From Methanopyrus kandleri AV19 (GTDB lineage Archaea > JAADCQ01 > Methanopyri > Methanopyrales > Methanopyraceae), in the NCBI RefSeq assembly GCF_000007185.1, contig NC_003551.1, positions 690,001-722,000 of the forward strand: DNA of 32,000 nt, in the 5' to 3' direction. Of the stretch, positions 1-9,230 are shown one piece after another. How positions within the stretch are numbered: the stretch's first letter is position 1; each line of letters opens with the position of its first letter. Below the pieces are notes generated by a model. The model was not told the DNA's origin. It ran no database searches and worked only from the letters and a program-made list of their open reading frames with translations. Both the position numbers and the translations under genes were made by a program.

Positions 1-1000
1 GGTCGAGGTCCCGGAATACGAACCACCGGTTGAGGAGTACGAAGGCTGTGTGGCCGAGGTGCAGATCGGGGCGACGCGGTCCGACGGCGGTTCTCGGGAT
101 CGGGTCGTCGTCCTGGGTGGTGAGCGCGCCTACTTCCCGTTCGAAGAACCACGACCGAACCCTCCCGTGGTCACGTTCGACGTGTTCGACACCCCGGATG
201 TGGGTATCCCCGGACCTATTCGGGAGGAGCTGGGCGACGTCATCGAAGACCCCGTGGACTGGGCAAGAACTGTCGTCAAGCGCTACGGCGTCGATATCGT
301 CACCGTCCATCTGGTCAGTACGTCCCCCAAGCTCCATGATGCTCCTGTCGAGGAGGCTATGGAGACACTGGAGGACATCCTCGATGCCGTGAAGGTCCCG
401 ATCATCGTGGGCGGATCCGGCGACCCCGAGAAGGATGTGGAGGTGTTCGTGAAGGCGGCCGAAGTCTGCGAGGGAGAGCGGGTGATGCTATCCTCGATCA
501 ACGAGGACATGGACTTCGAGCGGGTGGTTGAGGCGGCCAAAGAACACGGTCACGTGGTACTGACCTTCGCCCCGGTCGATGTGAACCTCATGAAGTCCCT
601 GAATAAGAAAGTACTGAATAGAGGCCTCTCGAAGGAAGACGTCGTCATGGACCCGACGACCTGCGCTCTGGGTTACGGTATCGAGTACACGATCGACGTT
701 ATGACCAGGATCAGGCTCGCCGCGCTGAAGGGTGATGAACACCTGCAGATGCCGATCTCCAGCGGTTCCACCAACGCGTGGGCCGCGCGGGAGGCTTGGA
801 TGAAGGAGGAATCTTGGGGACCGCGTGAGTACCGCGGACCGCTGTGGGAGGCGGTAACGGCGACCACGGTGGCACTCTGCGGTGCCGACCTGTTGATGAT
901 GTTCCACCCGTGGGCCGTGCAAGTGGTTATGGAGGCTATGGAGTACATGGCCGAAGGACGCGTCACCGGAGACGCGTACGTGACCGACGTGATCGCCTGA
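1..1000 (+). CDS. cdhD: CODH/ACS (acetyl-CoA decarbonylase/synthase) delta subunit, corrinoid/Fe-S protein small subunit; 5' end outside window
   Basis: The frame of the listed 50..1000 ORF stays open back to base 2 (VEVPEYEPPVEEYEGC...), so the gene is cut by the window edge. CdhD-type sequence is present (DIVTVHLVSTSP, MDPTTCALGYGIEYTIDVMTRIRLAALKGDEHLQMPI, GPLWEAVTATTVALCGADLLMMFHP). cdhE follows after 13 nt. Confidence 0.85.
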   Translation, partial: VEVPEYEPPVEEYEGCVAEVQIGATRSDGGSRDRVVVLGGERAYFPFEEPRPNPPVVTFDVFDTPDVGIPGPIREELGDVIEDPVDWARTVVKRYGVDIVTVHLVSTSPKLHDAPVEEAMETLEDILDAVKVPIIVGGSGDPEKDVEVFVKAAEVCEGERVMLSSINEDMDFERVVEAAKEHGHVVLTFAPVDVNLMKSLNKKVLNRGLSKEDVVMDPTTCALGYGIEYTIDVMTRIRLAALKGDEHLQMPISSGSTNAWAAREAWMKEESWGPREYRGPLWEAVTATTVALCGADLLMMFHPWAVQVVMEAMEYMAEGRVTGDAYVTDVIA

Positions 1001-1013
1001 GGGGGAGACGCTC

Positions 1014-2402
1014 GTGGCCCAGCTCAGCGCGATGGACGTGTACAACCTGCTACCCAAGGCCAACTGCGGGGCGTGTGGCTGCAAGACCTGCATGGAATTC
1101 GCTACGAAGCTCGTCAATCGGGAGGCGAAGCCCGAGGATTGCCCGAAGCTCGACGATGAGAGCCTAGAGAAGCTTCAGGAGCTGCTAGCGCCGCCAGTCA
1201 AGGAGCTGACGATAGGGGAAGGGGACCGCGAAGTCACCGTCGGCGGCGATGAGGTGATGTTCCGACACGAGCTCTCGTTCTTCAACCCACCGCCGGTGTT
1301 CGTCACCGTTTACGACGACATGGAGGAGGACGAAATCGCCGGAAAGACGGAGGAAATTCAGGAGTTTCAAGTCGAACGCGTTGGAGAGGTCCTGAAGCTT
1401 GACGGCGTCGCGGTGGTATCCCGAACGGGGGACCCCGAGAAGTACGCTCGGGCGGTTGAGATCGCGGTGGAGCGCTCTGAGGACCTCGCCGTGGCGTTGA
1501 TCACCACTGATCCTAAGGTGATGGAAGCTGGTCTCGACGTTTTCGACGAACGTCCGCTGCTTTATCCGGCGACCGAGGAGAACGTCGAGGACCTAGCGAA
1601 GCTAGCGGCCGATGGGGACTGTCCCCTGGGACTTCACGCCCGTGACGTCGAAGACCTCGTACCCCTGGTCGTCGAGGCGCAGCAGTACACGGACGATCTG
1701 CTCCTGGACCCGGGTACGGAGTTCGGTCCCCACGACGTGGTTTCTACCACGGACAAGCTGGCGGAGATCCGCAAGGCGGCTATCGAGGAGTTCGAGAGCT
1801 TCGGTTACCCGACCCTCGTTACGACGTTTCCCTACGCGTTCCTCGAAGATGATCCCGTAAAAGCCGCTAGACGGGAATCGTACCTAGCGTCCGCCTGTGT
1901 GCTAAGGTACGCCGACATCCTTATCATGGACACCGTAGAACCTTGGGCGCTCCTTCCGGTGCTAACCCAGCGTCAGTGCGTGTACACCGACCCACGGGAG
2001 CCTCAGGAAGTAGAACCCGGCCTGTACAGGATCGGTGACCCGGACGAGAATTCTCCTGTGTTAGTCACGACGAACTTCACGCTGACGTACCACTGTGTGG
2101 CCGGCGACCTCGAGAGCGCCGACATCGACTGTTGGCTGCTGGTCATCGATACCGGCGGACTAGCCGTAGACGTCAGCGTTGCCGGCGGTCAGTTCACGGG
2201 GGAGGCCGTGAAGGAAGTCATCGAGGAGACGGACATCGAGGACAAGGTCGAACATCGTGTCCTTGTGATCCCGGGCAAGGCCGCCGCCGTGAAAGGGGAC
2301 GTGGAGGACGCCACCGGCTGGGACGTGATGATCGGTACTCAGGACTCGTCCGAGCTGCCTGAGTTTCTGGAGAAAGAAGGTCTACTGAGGATTGAGGAAT
2401 GA
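1014..2402 (+). CDS. cdhE: CODH/ACS gamma subunit, corrinoid/Fe-S protein large subunit
   Basis: 462 aa. N-terminal 4Fe-4S Cys cluster (KANCGACGCKTCMEF...DCPKL) is typical of CdhE/AcsC. Length and position right after cdhD agree. Confidence 0.9.
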   Translation: MAQLSAMDVYNLLPKANCGACGCKTCMEFATKLVNREAKPEDCPKLDDESLEKLQELLAPPVKELTIGEGDREVTVGGDEVMFRHELSFFNPPPVFVTVYDDMEEDEIAGKTEEIQEFQVERVGEVLKLDGVAVVSRTGDPEKYARAVEIAVERSEDLAVALITTDPKVMEAGLDVFDERPLLYPATEENVEDLAKLAADGDCPLGLHARDVEDLVPLVVEAQQYTDDLLLDPGTEFGPHDVVSTTDKLAEIRKAAIEEFESFGYPTLVTTFPYAFLEDDPVKAARRESYLASACVLRYADILIMDTVEPWALLPVLTQRQCVYTDPREPQEVEPGLYRIGDPDENSPVLVTTNFTLTYHCVAGDLESADIDCWLLVIDTGGLAVDVSVAGGQFTGEAVKEVIEETDIEDKVEHRVLVIPGKAAAVKGDVEDATGWDVMIGTQDSSELPEFLEKEGLLRIEE

Positions 2403-2409
2403 CCGGCGA

Positions 2410-2417
2410 CTTTATCC
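2410..2417 (+). promoter_or_regulatory. Putative archaeal TATA element upstream of the epimerase gene
   Basis: CTTTATCC sits in the 54-nt spacer, about 45 nt upstream of the TTG start at 2457. A near-identical element (CTTTAATCC) precedes the next transcription unit at 3389. Confidence 0.35.
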
Positions 2418-2456
2418 TTCCCCAACCCTGGCGCTAGGGACCTCGGGGATGAGCTG

Positions 2457-3386
2457 TTGATCCTGGTGACCGGAGGAGCCGGGTTCATAGGTTCGCACGT
2501 CGTGGAGGAGCTCGTCGATCGAGGCCACGACGTGGTGGTTTTGGACAACTTCAGCGTGGGTTGTGAGGAGAACCTCCGTGAGGTCCGGGACGATATCGAG
2601 ATCGTACGTGCCGACGTGACGGATCCTAGGGCCGTGGAGCGAACGTTTCGGGAGTACCGACCGGAGGCCGTGATTCACCTGGCCGCCCAGGTCAACGTAC
2701 GCTACTCCATGGAGTCGCCCTTCGTCGACGCCAGGATCAACGCATTGGGTACCCTGAACCTCGTCTCGTTGGCCGCCGAGCACGACGTCGAGAGATTCGT
2801 ATACGCGTCCTCGGGTGGGGCGGTGTACGGGGAACCGGAGTACTTACCCGTGGATGAGGAACATCCCACGCGACCGATATCGAACTACGGCGTCTCGAAG
2901 CTCGCAGGTGAGTACTACGTCCGTGTGTACGCCGAGCGGGACGGGTTCGAGTACGTCATCCTACGATACGCTAACGTTTACGGTCCTCGGCAGGATCCCA
3001 GGGGCGAGGCAGGGGTTATCCCTATCTTCCTATTACGGGCCGCCCGAGGTGAGCCGCTCACGATCTTCGGGGACGGTGAGCAAACCCGTGACTTCGTTTT
3101 CGTCGAGGACGTAGCTCGGGTCACGGCCGAGGCGGTGGAGCGTGGTGATGGTGTGTACAACATAGGTACCGGCCGTGAGACCTCCGTGAACGACATCGTG
3201 AACGCCGTGAAGGCGGTCACAGGGGTCGACGTGGAAGTAGTGTACGAGGATCCGCGGCCGGGCGAGGTTCGTCGGATATACCTCGACCCGAGCCGCGCCC
3301 GGGAGGAGCTGGGGTTCGAGCCACGCGTCGACCTAGAGGAGGGGATCGAGCGAACCTGGGAGTGGATCCGTCGGAAAATCGCGTAG
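2457..3386 (+). CDS. NAD-dependent sugar-nucleotide epimerase/dehydratase (UDP-hexose 4-epimerase-like, extended SDR)
   Basis: 309 aa. N-terminal Rossmann motif ILVTGGAGFIGSH and catalytic YxxxK (YGVSKLAGE). The overall layout is GalE-like. Confidence 0.85.
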   Translation: MILVTGGAGFIGSHVVEELVDRGHDVVVLDNFSVGCEENLREVRDDIEIVRADVTDPRAVERTFREYRPEAVIHLAAQVNVRYSMESPFVDARINALGTLNLVSLAAEHDVERFVYASSGGAVYGEPEYLPVDEEHPTRPISNYGVSKLAGEYYVRVYAERDGFEYVILRYANVYGPRQDPRGEAGVIPIFLLRAARGEPLTIFGDGEQTRDFVFVEDVARVTAEAVERGDGVYNIGTGRETSVNDIVNAVKAVTGVDVEVVYEDPRPGEVRRIYLDPSRAREELGFEPRVDLEEGIERTWEWIRRKIA

Positions 3387-3388
3387 CC

Positions 3389-3397
3389 CTTTAATCC
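3389..3397 (+). promoter_or_regulatory. Putative TATA element upstream of the ferredoxin-cooC-kor-suc unit
   Basis: CTTTAATCC lies about 35 nt upstream of the TTG start at 3426, with GGAGGT/GGGGGTG Shine-Dalgarno-like strings between them. Confidence 0.35.
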
Positions 3398-3425
3398 CCA
3401 CCTCGGAGGTCCTGGGGGTGCCGAG

Positions 3426-3929
3426 TTGCCGGACGTTTTCGTCCTGGTCGTCGCCCCGGACAGGTGCACGGACTGCCGTAAGTGCGTCAACGCGTGCGAG
3501 CGCACCCACGGTCACGCCCGGATTTACAAGATCTCCGAGGATGCGCCCCCCGTCACGTGTCTTCAGTGTGACGACGCACCCTGCGCGAACGTCTGCCCGG
3601 TGAACGCGATCGTGGAGGAGGGCGACTCGTGGATCGTCACCGAGGACTGCGTCGGCTGCGGTTTGTGCGCCGTCGCGTGCCCCTTCGGCGCCATCGAAAT
3701 GGTGAACGGCCGGGCCGACAAGTGCACCCTCTGCGTGGACGCCCCCAAGAAAGTGCCCGCGTGCGTGGAGGCGTGTGATCGGGGCGCGCTGAAGTTGGTC
3801 TCGAAGTCGCAGGTCGCGGAGGAGAAACGCGAACGGTTCGCCATCGAGATGGAACGGATATACCGGACGCTCGCGAAGCTCGAATCGGAGGAGGGGTCCC
3901 TTCGGGGTGAAAGTGGGAGTCGTGGGTAA
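3426..3929 (+). CDS. Polyferredoxin-type 4Fe-4S protein (CooF-like electron carrier)
   Basis: 167 aa with four Cys clusters (CTDCRKCVNAC, CLQCDDAPCANVCP, CVGCGLCAVACP, CTLCVD...CVEAC). It overlaps cooC by 23 nt. Confidence 0.75.
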   Translation: MPDVFVLVVAPDRCTDCRKCVNACERTHGHARIYKISEDAPPVTCLQCDDAPCANVCPVNAIVEEGDSWIVTEDCVGCGLCAVACPFGAIEMVNGRADKCTLCVDAPKKVPACVEACDRGALKLVSKSQVAEEKRERFAIEMERIYRTLAKLESEEGSLRGESGSRG

Positions 3930-4650
3930 AGGGGGCGTCGGCAAGACCACCGTAGCCGCCGCTCTCGCCAAGGCTCTCACGGACGTAGGGTACGAGGTGC
4001 TGGCCGTAGACGCCGATCCCGACCCCGACCTGGCTTACTCCTTGGGCCTCCCTGAATCACCCACTCCGATCGTCGAACGGCGCGAGCTCGTCCGGGAACG
4101 TACGGGTGCGGAACCGGGCACGACCTACGGCCCTGTGTTCAAGGTCAATCCGCGGGTCTCTGATCTCCCCGACGAGCTCGCCGTGAGGGTCGCGCCCGGT
4201 CTCCGACTCCTGGTGGTCGGAAGCGTTGAGAACCCCGGTGAGGGTTGCTTCTGCCCGGCCGCCGCGTTGGCACGCAGGTTAATCCGTTACGTCATCGCCG
4301 ACAGGGACGAGTCCGTAGTGGTGGACACCGACGCGGGTCTGGAGCACTTCGGAAGGAGGGTACTGGAGTCCGTCGACTGGGTAGTGGTGGTGTGCGAACC
4401 CTCTGTTAAGTCCATGAAAAATGCCCGAGAGTCGGTGCGCCTCGCCCGTGAGATGGGGATCGAGAGGGTAGCCCTCGTCAAGAACAAGTGGCGGGAGGAC
4501 GCTCCGGAGCCCGATCTCGACGTCGACTTCGAGCTGACGGTCCCGTACTCCGACAAGCTCGTGGAGCTGGAGATGGAGGGGAGACCGGTATGGGAGGATC
4601 CGGTGGTGAGGAAGGCGGGAGAGGAGCTGGCAAGACGTCTTACGAGGTAG
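3907..4650 (+). CDS. cooC: CO dehydrogenase nickel-insertion accessory ATPase
   Basis: 247 aa. Deviant Walker A at the N-terminus (VVGKGGVGKTT). CooC-type metal-binding CxC motif (EGCFCPAAA). MinD/Mrp-like length. Confidence 0.85.
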   Translation: MKVGVVGKGGVGKTTVAAALAKALTDVGYEVLAVDADPDPDLAYSLGLPESPTPIVERRELVRERTGAEPGTTYGPVFKVNPRVSDLPDELAVRVAPGLRLLVVGSVENPGEGCFCPAAALARRLIRYVIADRDESVVVDTDAGLEHFGRRVLESVDWVVVVCEPSVKSMKNARESVRLAREMGIERVALVKNKWREDAPEPDLDVDFELTVPYSDKLVELEMEGRPVWEDPVVRKAGEELARRLTR

Positions 4651-4850
4651 TAATCCGCGAGGAGCACTGCAAGGGATGCTTCCTCTGCTCCTGGGTCTGC
4701 CCGATCGACGCGCTGAAGAGGTCGAACCGGAGGAACGAGCGCGGTTACCTGCTCCCGGAATGGAACGGCGAGTGCACCGGATGTCGACAGTGCGAGCTCA
4801 TTTGCCCCGACCTCGCGATCGAGGTGAGGGAGGTGGAGGGAGATGGGTAA
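4590..4850 (+). CDS. korD: 2-oxoglutarate:ferredoxin oxidoreductase delta subunit (2x[4Fe-4S] ferredoxin-like)
   Basis: Two CxxCxxCxxxCP motifs (CKGCFLCSWVCP, CTGCRQCELICP). ATG 4590 is the first in-frame start after the track's GTG at 4488, the only one before the first Cys cluster, and is preceded by GGAGGGGA. The track's 4488..4589 extension lies inside cooC. The gene overlaps korA by 8 nt. Confidence 0.7.
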   Translation: MGGSGGEEGGRGAGKTSYEVVIREEHCKGCFLCSWVCPIDALKRSNRRNERGYLLPEWNGECTGCRQCELICPDLAIEVREVEGDG

Positions 4851-5961
4851 GGTCGACTTCCTGCAAGGTAACGAGGCCTGCGCGGAAGGAGCGATCGCCG
4901 CGGGTTGCCGGTTCTTCGCCGGCTACCCGATCACACCATCCACCGAGATCGCGGAGCGGATGAGCGCACGACTTCCCGAGGTCGGCGGCGTGTACGTGCA
5001 GATGGAGGACGAGATCGCCTCGCTCGCAGCGGTGATCGGTGCTTCTTGGGCCGGCGTCAAGGCCATGACCGCGACCGCGGGACCGGGTTTCTCGTTGATG
5101 CAGGAGCACATGGGCTACGCGGTGATGGCGGAGACGCCCTGCGTGATCGTGAACGTGCAGCGCGGTGGACCCAGTACAGGGCAACCTACTAAGGCATCGC
5201 AGTCGGACGTCATGCAGGCACGCTGGGGCTCCCACGGAGATTACGAGATCGTCGCGCTATCCCCCTCCACGGTGCAGGAGATGTACGACCTCACGATCGA
5301 GTGCTTCAACTGGTCGGAGCGTCTCCGCGTGCCCGCAGTCCTCCTCACGGATGAAGTCGTCGGACACATGCGGGAGCGTGTGGTACTGCGGGACGACGTC
5401 GAAACGGTCGAGCGGGAGCTACCGCCCGAGGGTGAGGAGATCGAGAAGCCATTTCCGATGGAGCCCGACGATCTCGTTCCCCCGATGCCGGTGTTCGGCA
5501 GAGGGCACCGAGTCCACGTGACCGGGCTCACCCACGACGAGCGAGGATATCCGGCTACGGACGACCCCGAGGTTCATCGCAAGCTCGTCATGAGGCTGTG
5601 CAACAAGGTCAGGAAGCGGGCTCGAGAGATCCACGAGGAGGTAGGGTACGACTTCGAGGAGCGCGAGTCCGACGTCGCCCTAGTGGCCTACGGAGGCTGC
5701 GCCAGGACCGTGATCGAGGCGGCCGAGGAGCTCGGGGTCACCGTCTTCCGCCCCAAGGTTGTCCACCCGTTCGACCCCGATATGATCCGTGACTTACTCG
5801 ACGGCTACGAGGTCCTAGTCGTCGAGATGAACTTGGGTCAGTACGTCGAGATGGTCGAGCGTGCCCTGGATCGCGAGTGCGTGCACCTGCTCGGCTATCC
5901 GGGTGGCTATCCACCGACCCCAGAGCGCGTAATCCGTGAGGTGAAGAAGCTCTCGGGGTGA
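4843..5961 (+). CDS. korA: 2-oxoglutarate:ferredoxin oxidoreductase alpha subunit
   Basis: 372 aa. N-terminus GNEACAEGAIAAGCRFFAGYPITPSTEI is the hallmark of OFOR alpha subunits. A GTGA stop/start overlap joins it to korB. Confidence 0.9.
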   Translation: MGKVDFLQGNEACAEGAIAAGCRFFAGYPITPSTEIAERMSARLPEVGGVYVQMEDEIASLAAVIGASWAGVKAMTATAGPGFSLMQEHMGYAVMAETPCVIVNVQRGGPSTGQPTKASQSDVMQARWGSHGDYEIVALSPSTVQEMYDLTIECFNWSERLRVPAVLLTDEVVGHMRERVVLRDDVETVERELPPEGEEIEKPFPMEPDDLVPPMPVFGRGHRVHVTGLTHDERGYPATDDPEVHRKLVMRLCNKVRKRAREIHEEVGYDFEERESDVALVAYGGCARTVIEAAEELGVTVFRPKVVHPFDPDMIRDLLDGYEVLVVEMNLGQYVEMVERALDRECVHLLGYPGGYPPTPERVIREVKKLSG

Positions 5962-6773
5962 CCGTCGTGGATTGGAAGGAGCTCGTACGCTGGGACCGCA
6001 TGCCGCACATCCTCTGCCCCGGTTGTGGGAACGGCACCATCCTGAACGCGCTGGTTCGCGTCCTGGCGGAGAAGTTCGAGGAAGGGGAGCTCGATCCGGA
6101 TAAGACGGTGCTGGTCTCCGGCATCGGTTGCTCGTCCAGATTACCGGGCTACGTGAAACTGGACTCCCTTCACACTACCCACGGTCGTCCACTGGCCTTC
6201 GCGACTGGAATCAAGCTGGCGAACCCCGACCTCGAGGTCATCGTGATCACCGGTGACGGTGACGCGGCCGCCATCGGTGGGAACCACCTGATCCACGCCG
6301 CCCGCAGGAACTTGGACGTCACGGTGATCTGTGCCAACAACTACATTTACGGAATGACGGGCGGCCAGGTCAGCCCCACGACGCCCAGAGGTGCCAAGTC
6401 GACCACGACTCCCTACGGGAACCCGGAGCCACCGTTCGACCTTTGTGAGCTCGTTATGGGGGCCGGAGCCCCTCACGTGGAGCGGTGGACCACGGCTCAT
6501 CCCGCCCAGTTGAAGGCCGCGATCGCCCGTGCCCTCGAGCGCGAAGGTTTCTCCTTCATCGACGTGCTCTGTCAGTGTCCCACGAACTACGGCCGGAGGA
6601 ACGACATGAGGGACCCTCGAGAGATGGTCGAGTGGCTCCGGGAGAACACCTCCACGCGGGAGGAGGAAGGCAAGATCCGGATCGGAATCCTCCGCGATGA
6701 GGAGCGCGAGCCTTTCCACAAGCGCATGTACGACATGATCGAGGAGGTGAGAACGGGTGAGGAAGGAGATTAG
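5958..6773 (+). CDS. korB: 2-oxoglutarate:ferredoxin oxidoreductase beta subunit (TPP-binding)
   Basis: 271 aa. CPGCGNG and GIGCSSR Cys motifs, plus the TPP-binding GDGDAAAIGGNHLIHAARRN. Confidence 0.9.
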   Translation: MTVVDWKELVRWDRMPHILCPGCGNGTILNALVRVLAEKFEEGELDPDKTVLVSGIGCSSRLPGYVKLDSLHTTHGRPLAFATGIKLANPDLEVIVITGDGDAAAIGGNHLIHAARRNLDVTVICANNYIYGMTGGQVSPTTPRGAKSTTTPYGNPEPPFDLCELVMGAGAPHVERWTTAHPAQLKAAIARALEREGFSFIDVLCQCPTNYGRRNDMRDPREMVEWLRENTSTREEEGKIRIGILRDEEREPFHKRMYDMIEEVRTGEEGD

Positions 6774-7287
6774 GATCAGCGGGTTCGGCGGTCAAGGGAT
6801 AGTACTCGCCGGCGTGGTTCTGGGCCGGGCCGCCGCGGTTTACGAGGGGTACAACGCCGTGCAGACGCAATCCTACGGGCCGGAGGCCCGGGGCGGTGCC
6901 TCGCGCTCGGACGTGATAGTATCCGACGAGGAGGTCATGTACCCGTACGTACGCCGACCCGACTTCCTCGTGACTATGTCGCAAGAAGCCTACGAGAAGT
7001 ACGTGGGGAGCGTTCCCGAGGACGGTCTCGTCGTCTACGACTCGACGCTCGTCGAACCCTCCCGCGAGGACGTCGAGCACGTGGGCGTCCCCGCGACCGA
7101 GCTCGCCGAGGAAGAGCTCGGGCTCAGGATCGTCGCTAACATGGTCATCTTAGGCGCGTTGCGTGAGCTCACCGGGATCGTCTCGTTCGACTCACTACGA
7201 AAGGCCGTCGAGGATTCCGTACCGCCCGGGACGGAGGACGTCAACGTCCGGGCCCTCAAGCTCGGAGCCCGGGAGGTGAGGGAATGA
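6757..7287 (+). CDS. korG: 2-oxoglutarate:ferredoxin oxidoreductase gamma subunit
   Basis: 176 aa. IRISGFGGQGIVLAG N-terminal motif of OFOR gamma subunits. It overlaps korB by 17 nt and sucC by 4 nt. Confidence 0.9.
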   Translation: MRKEIRISGFGGQGIVLAGVVLGRAAAVYEGYNAVQTQSYGPEARGGASRSDVIVSDEEVMYPYVRRPDFLVTMSQEAYEKYVGSVPEDGLVVYDSTLVEPSREDVEHVGVPATELAEEELGLRIVANMVILGALRELTGIVSFDSLRKAVEDSVPPGTEDVNVRALKLGAREVRE

Positions 7288-8363
7288 TCAGGCTGTTGGA
7301 GTACCAGGCTAAGCATCTGCTCAAGGAGGCCGGGGTGCCGATTCCAGAAGGCGACGTCGCCCGCACCTCGGCGGACGCGGCCCGGATCGCCGCCGAACTC
7401 GGGGGACCGGTGGCCGTCAAGGCGCAGGTGCCCGTCGGGGCCCGTGGTAAAGCCGGGGGTATCCTGTTCGCGGACGACCCGGAAGGGGCCAGAAAGGCCG
7501 CCCGGAAGCTGCTCGGCTCGCGGATCCGGGGTGAGACCGTCAGGAAGGTGCTCGTGGAAGAGAAACTGGACATAGCCGAGGAATGGTACGTGTCCATAAC
7601 GCTCGACCGTGCGAAGCGTAGGCCCGTACTCCTCGTCTCCCGCGAAGGTGGAGTAGATATCGAAGAGGTTCCGGACGAGAAGATCGCCCGCAGGTACCTC
7701 GACCCGATCCTAGGATTACGCCCCTTCGAAGCTCGAGAGGCGATCCTCGAGGCGGGTATCCCGAAGGAGCACCTGCGGGACGTCGAGGAAGTGATCACAT
7801 CCATGTACGAGGTGTTCGAGAGCTACGACGCTCACCTCGTGGAGATCAACCCGCTAGTTCTTACGGAGAACGGGGAGGTAGTGGCCGCGGACGCTGTCGT
7901 GAACCTGGACGAAGACGCCGCCAATATCCGGCACCCGGAGTTCGCCGAAGAGACCCGCGATTTCCCCTTCGTCGAGCTCGACGGTGACATCGGTATCATC
8001 GCCAACGGTGCGGGTCTCACCATGGCCACCATAGATCTCGTTAAGGATCTCGGTGGTAAGCCCGCCAACTTCTTGGACGTAGGTGGTGGGGCTTACCCGA
8101 CGCTCATCCGTAGAGCCATCCTCACCGTGGCCGAGCTGGACGTGAAAGTGATCCTCCTCAACATCTTCGGTGGCATCACTCGGTGTGACGAGGTGGCGGA
8201 AGGTATCGTTCAAGCCCTCGACGACGTGGACGTCCCGCTCGTGGTGAGGCTCGTGGGGACGAACGAGGAGGAAGGTCATCGCATACTCCGCGAGCACGGG
8301 GTCGACGTCTACACCGAGCTTAAGGAGGCGGTCGAACGCGCGGTCGAGTTAGCGGGGGCTTAG
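7284..8363 (+). CDS. sucC: Succinyl-CoA synthetase (ADP-forming) beta subunit
   Basis: 359 aa. ATP-grasp N-terminus ([20 protein letters not shown]). C-terminal CoA-ligase region ([30 protein letters not shown]). Confidence 0.9.
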   Translation: MIRLLEYQAKHLLKEAGVPIPEGDVARTSADAARIAAELGGPVAVKAQVPVGARGKAGGILFADDPEGARKAARKLLGSRIRGETVRKVLVEEKLDIAEEWYVSITLDRAKRRPVLLVSREGGVDIEEVPDEKIARRYLDPILGLRPFEAREAILEAGIPKEHLRDVEEVITSMYEVFESYDAHLVEINPLVLTENGEVVAADAVVNLDEDAANIRHPEFAEETRDFPFVELDGDIGIIANGAGLTMATIDLVKDLGGKPANFLDVGGGAYPTLIRRAILTVAELDVKVILLNIFGGITRCDEVAEGIVQALDDVDVPLVVRLVGTNEEEGHRILREHGVDVYTELKEAVERAVELAGA

Positions 8364-8366
8364 CCC

Positions 8367-9230
8367 TTGTTAGACTCAGACACGCGCGTCCTCGTGCAGG
8401 GTATCACGGGCCGGCACGGAAGTTTCCATACGAAGCTAATGCTGGAGTACGGGACCGAAATCGTCGCCGGCGTAACCCCCGGCCGGGGCGGCCAGGAGGT
8501 TCACGGGGTCCCGGTCTACGACACCGTCGAAGAAGCCGTCGAAGAGACCGACGCCGAGGCTTCCGTCATATTCGTTCCAGCTCCGCAGGCACCCGACGCG
8601 GTCATGGAAGCCATCGAGGCGGGGCTCGATCCCATCGTCGTGATCACCGAGCACATACCGGCTCACGACACCATGCGGTTCGTCGAGCTAGCCCGGTGGG
8701 AAGGTATCCGCATTATCGGCCCTAACACTCCCGGAATCATCGTACCGCCGGAGCGGGTGAAGCTGGGGATCATGCCTCATCAAGTGTTCACCGAGGGTGA
8801 AGTGGCCGTAGCGTCGAGGAGCGGTACCCTCACGTACGAGATCGTTCAGGCGATGACCGAGGCCGGACTCGGTCAGTCCCTCTGCGTGGGACTCGGGGGC
8901 GACCAAATCGTCGGAACTACCTTCATAGACTTCTTGGAGTACGTCCGGGAAGATGATCGCACCGAGGCCGTGGTTCTCATCGGGGAGATAGGTGGAAATG
9001 CGGAAGAGCTCGCCGCCGAGTACATCGCGGAAACCGACTTCCCGAAGCCCGTCGTCGCCTACATCGCCGGCCGTCACGCCCCACCCGGCAAACGTATGGG
9101 CCACGCCGGGGCCATCATCGAGAGAGGTCGTGGAACCGCGGAGTCCAAGATCGAAGCTTTCCGAAAGGCAGGAGTCGATGTAGCCGAGAAGCCGTGGGAA
9201 GTGCCGGAGCTGCTTCGGGAGTACCTCTAG
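8367..9230 (+). CDS. sucD: Succinyl-CoA synthetase alpha subunit
   Basis: 287 aa. [14 protein letters not shown] CoA-binding N-terminus. Phosphohistidine loop ([10 protein letters not shown]). Confidence 0.9.
   Translation: MLDSDTRVLVQGITGRHGSFHTKLMLEYGTEIVAGVTPGRGGQEVHGVPVYDTVEEAVEETDAEASVIFVPAPQAPDAVMEAIEAGLDPIVVITEHIPAHDTMRFVELARWEGIRIIGPNTPGIIVPPERVKLGIMPHQVFTEGEVAVASRSGTLTYEIVQAMTEAGLGQSLCVGLGGDQIVGTTFIDFLEYVREDDRTEAVVLIGEIGGNAEELAAEYIAETDFPKPVVAYIAGRHAPPGKRMGHAGAIIERGRGTAESKIEAFRKAGVDVAEKPWEVPELLREYL

Noticed and set aside
488-1117. 209-aa minus-strand ORF antisense to cdhD/cdhE
   Set aside because: It is a shadow ORF opposite strongly supported genes, with Arg/His/Gly-rich composition and no recognisable domain.
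3333-3980. 215-aa minus-strand ORF antisense to the ferredoxin gene
   Set aside because: It is a shadow ORF. The + strand encodes four canonical 4Fe-4S Cys clusters, and the antisense product is A/R/L/P-rich without motifs.
4488-4589. Upstream extension of korD to GTG 4488
   Set aside because: The extension lies wholly inside cooC in another frame and encodes a G/R/A-rich peptide. ATG 4590 has a good Shine-Dalgarno-like string.
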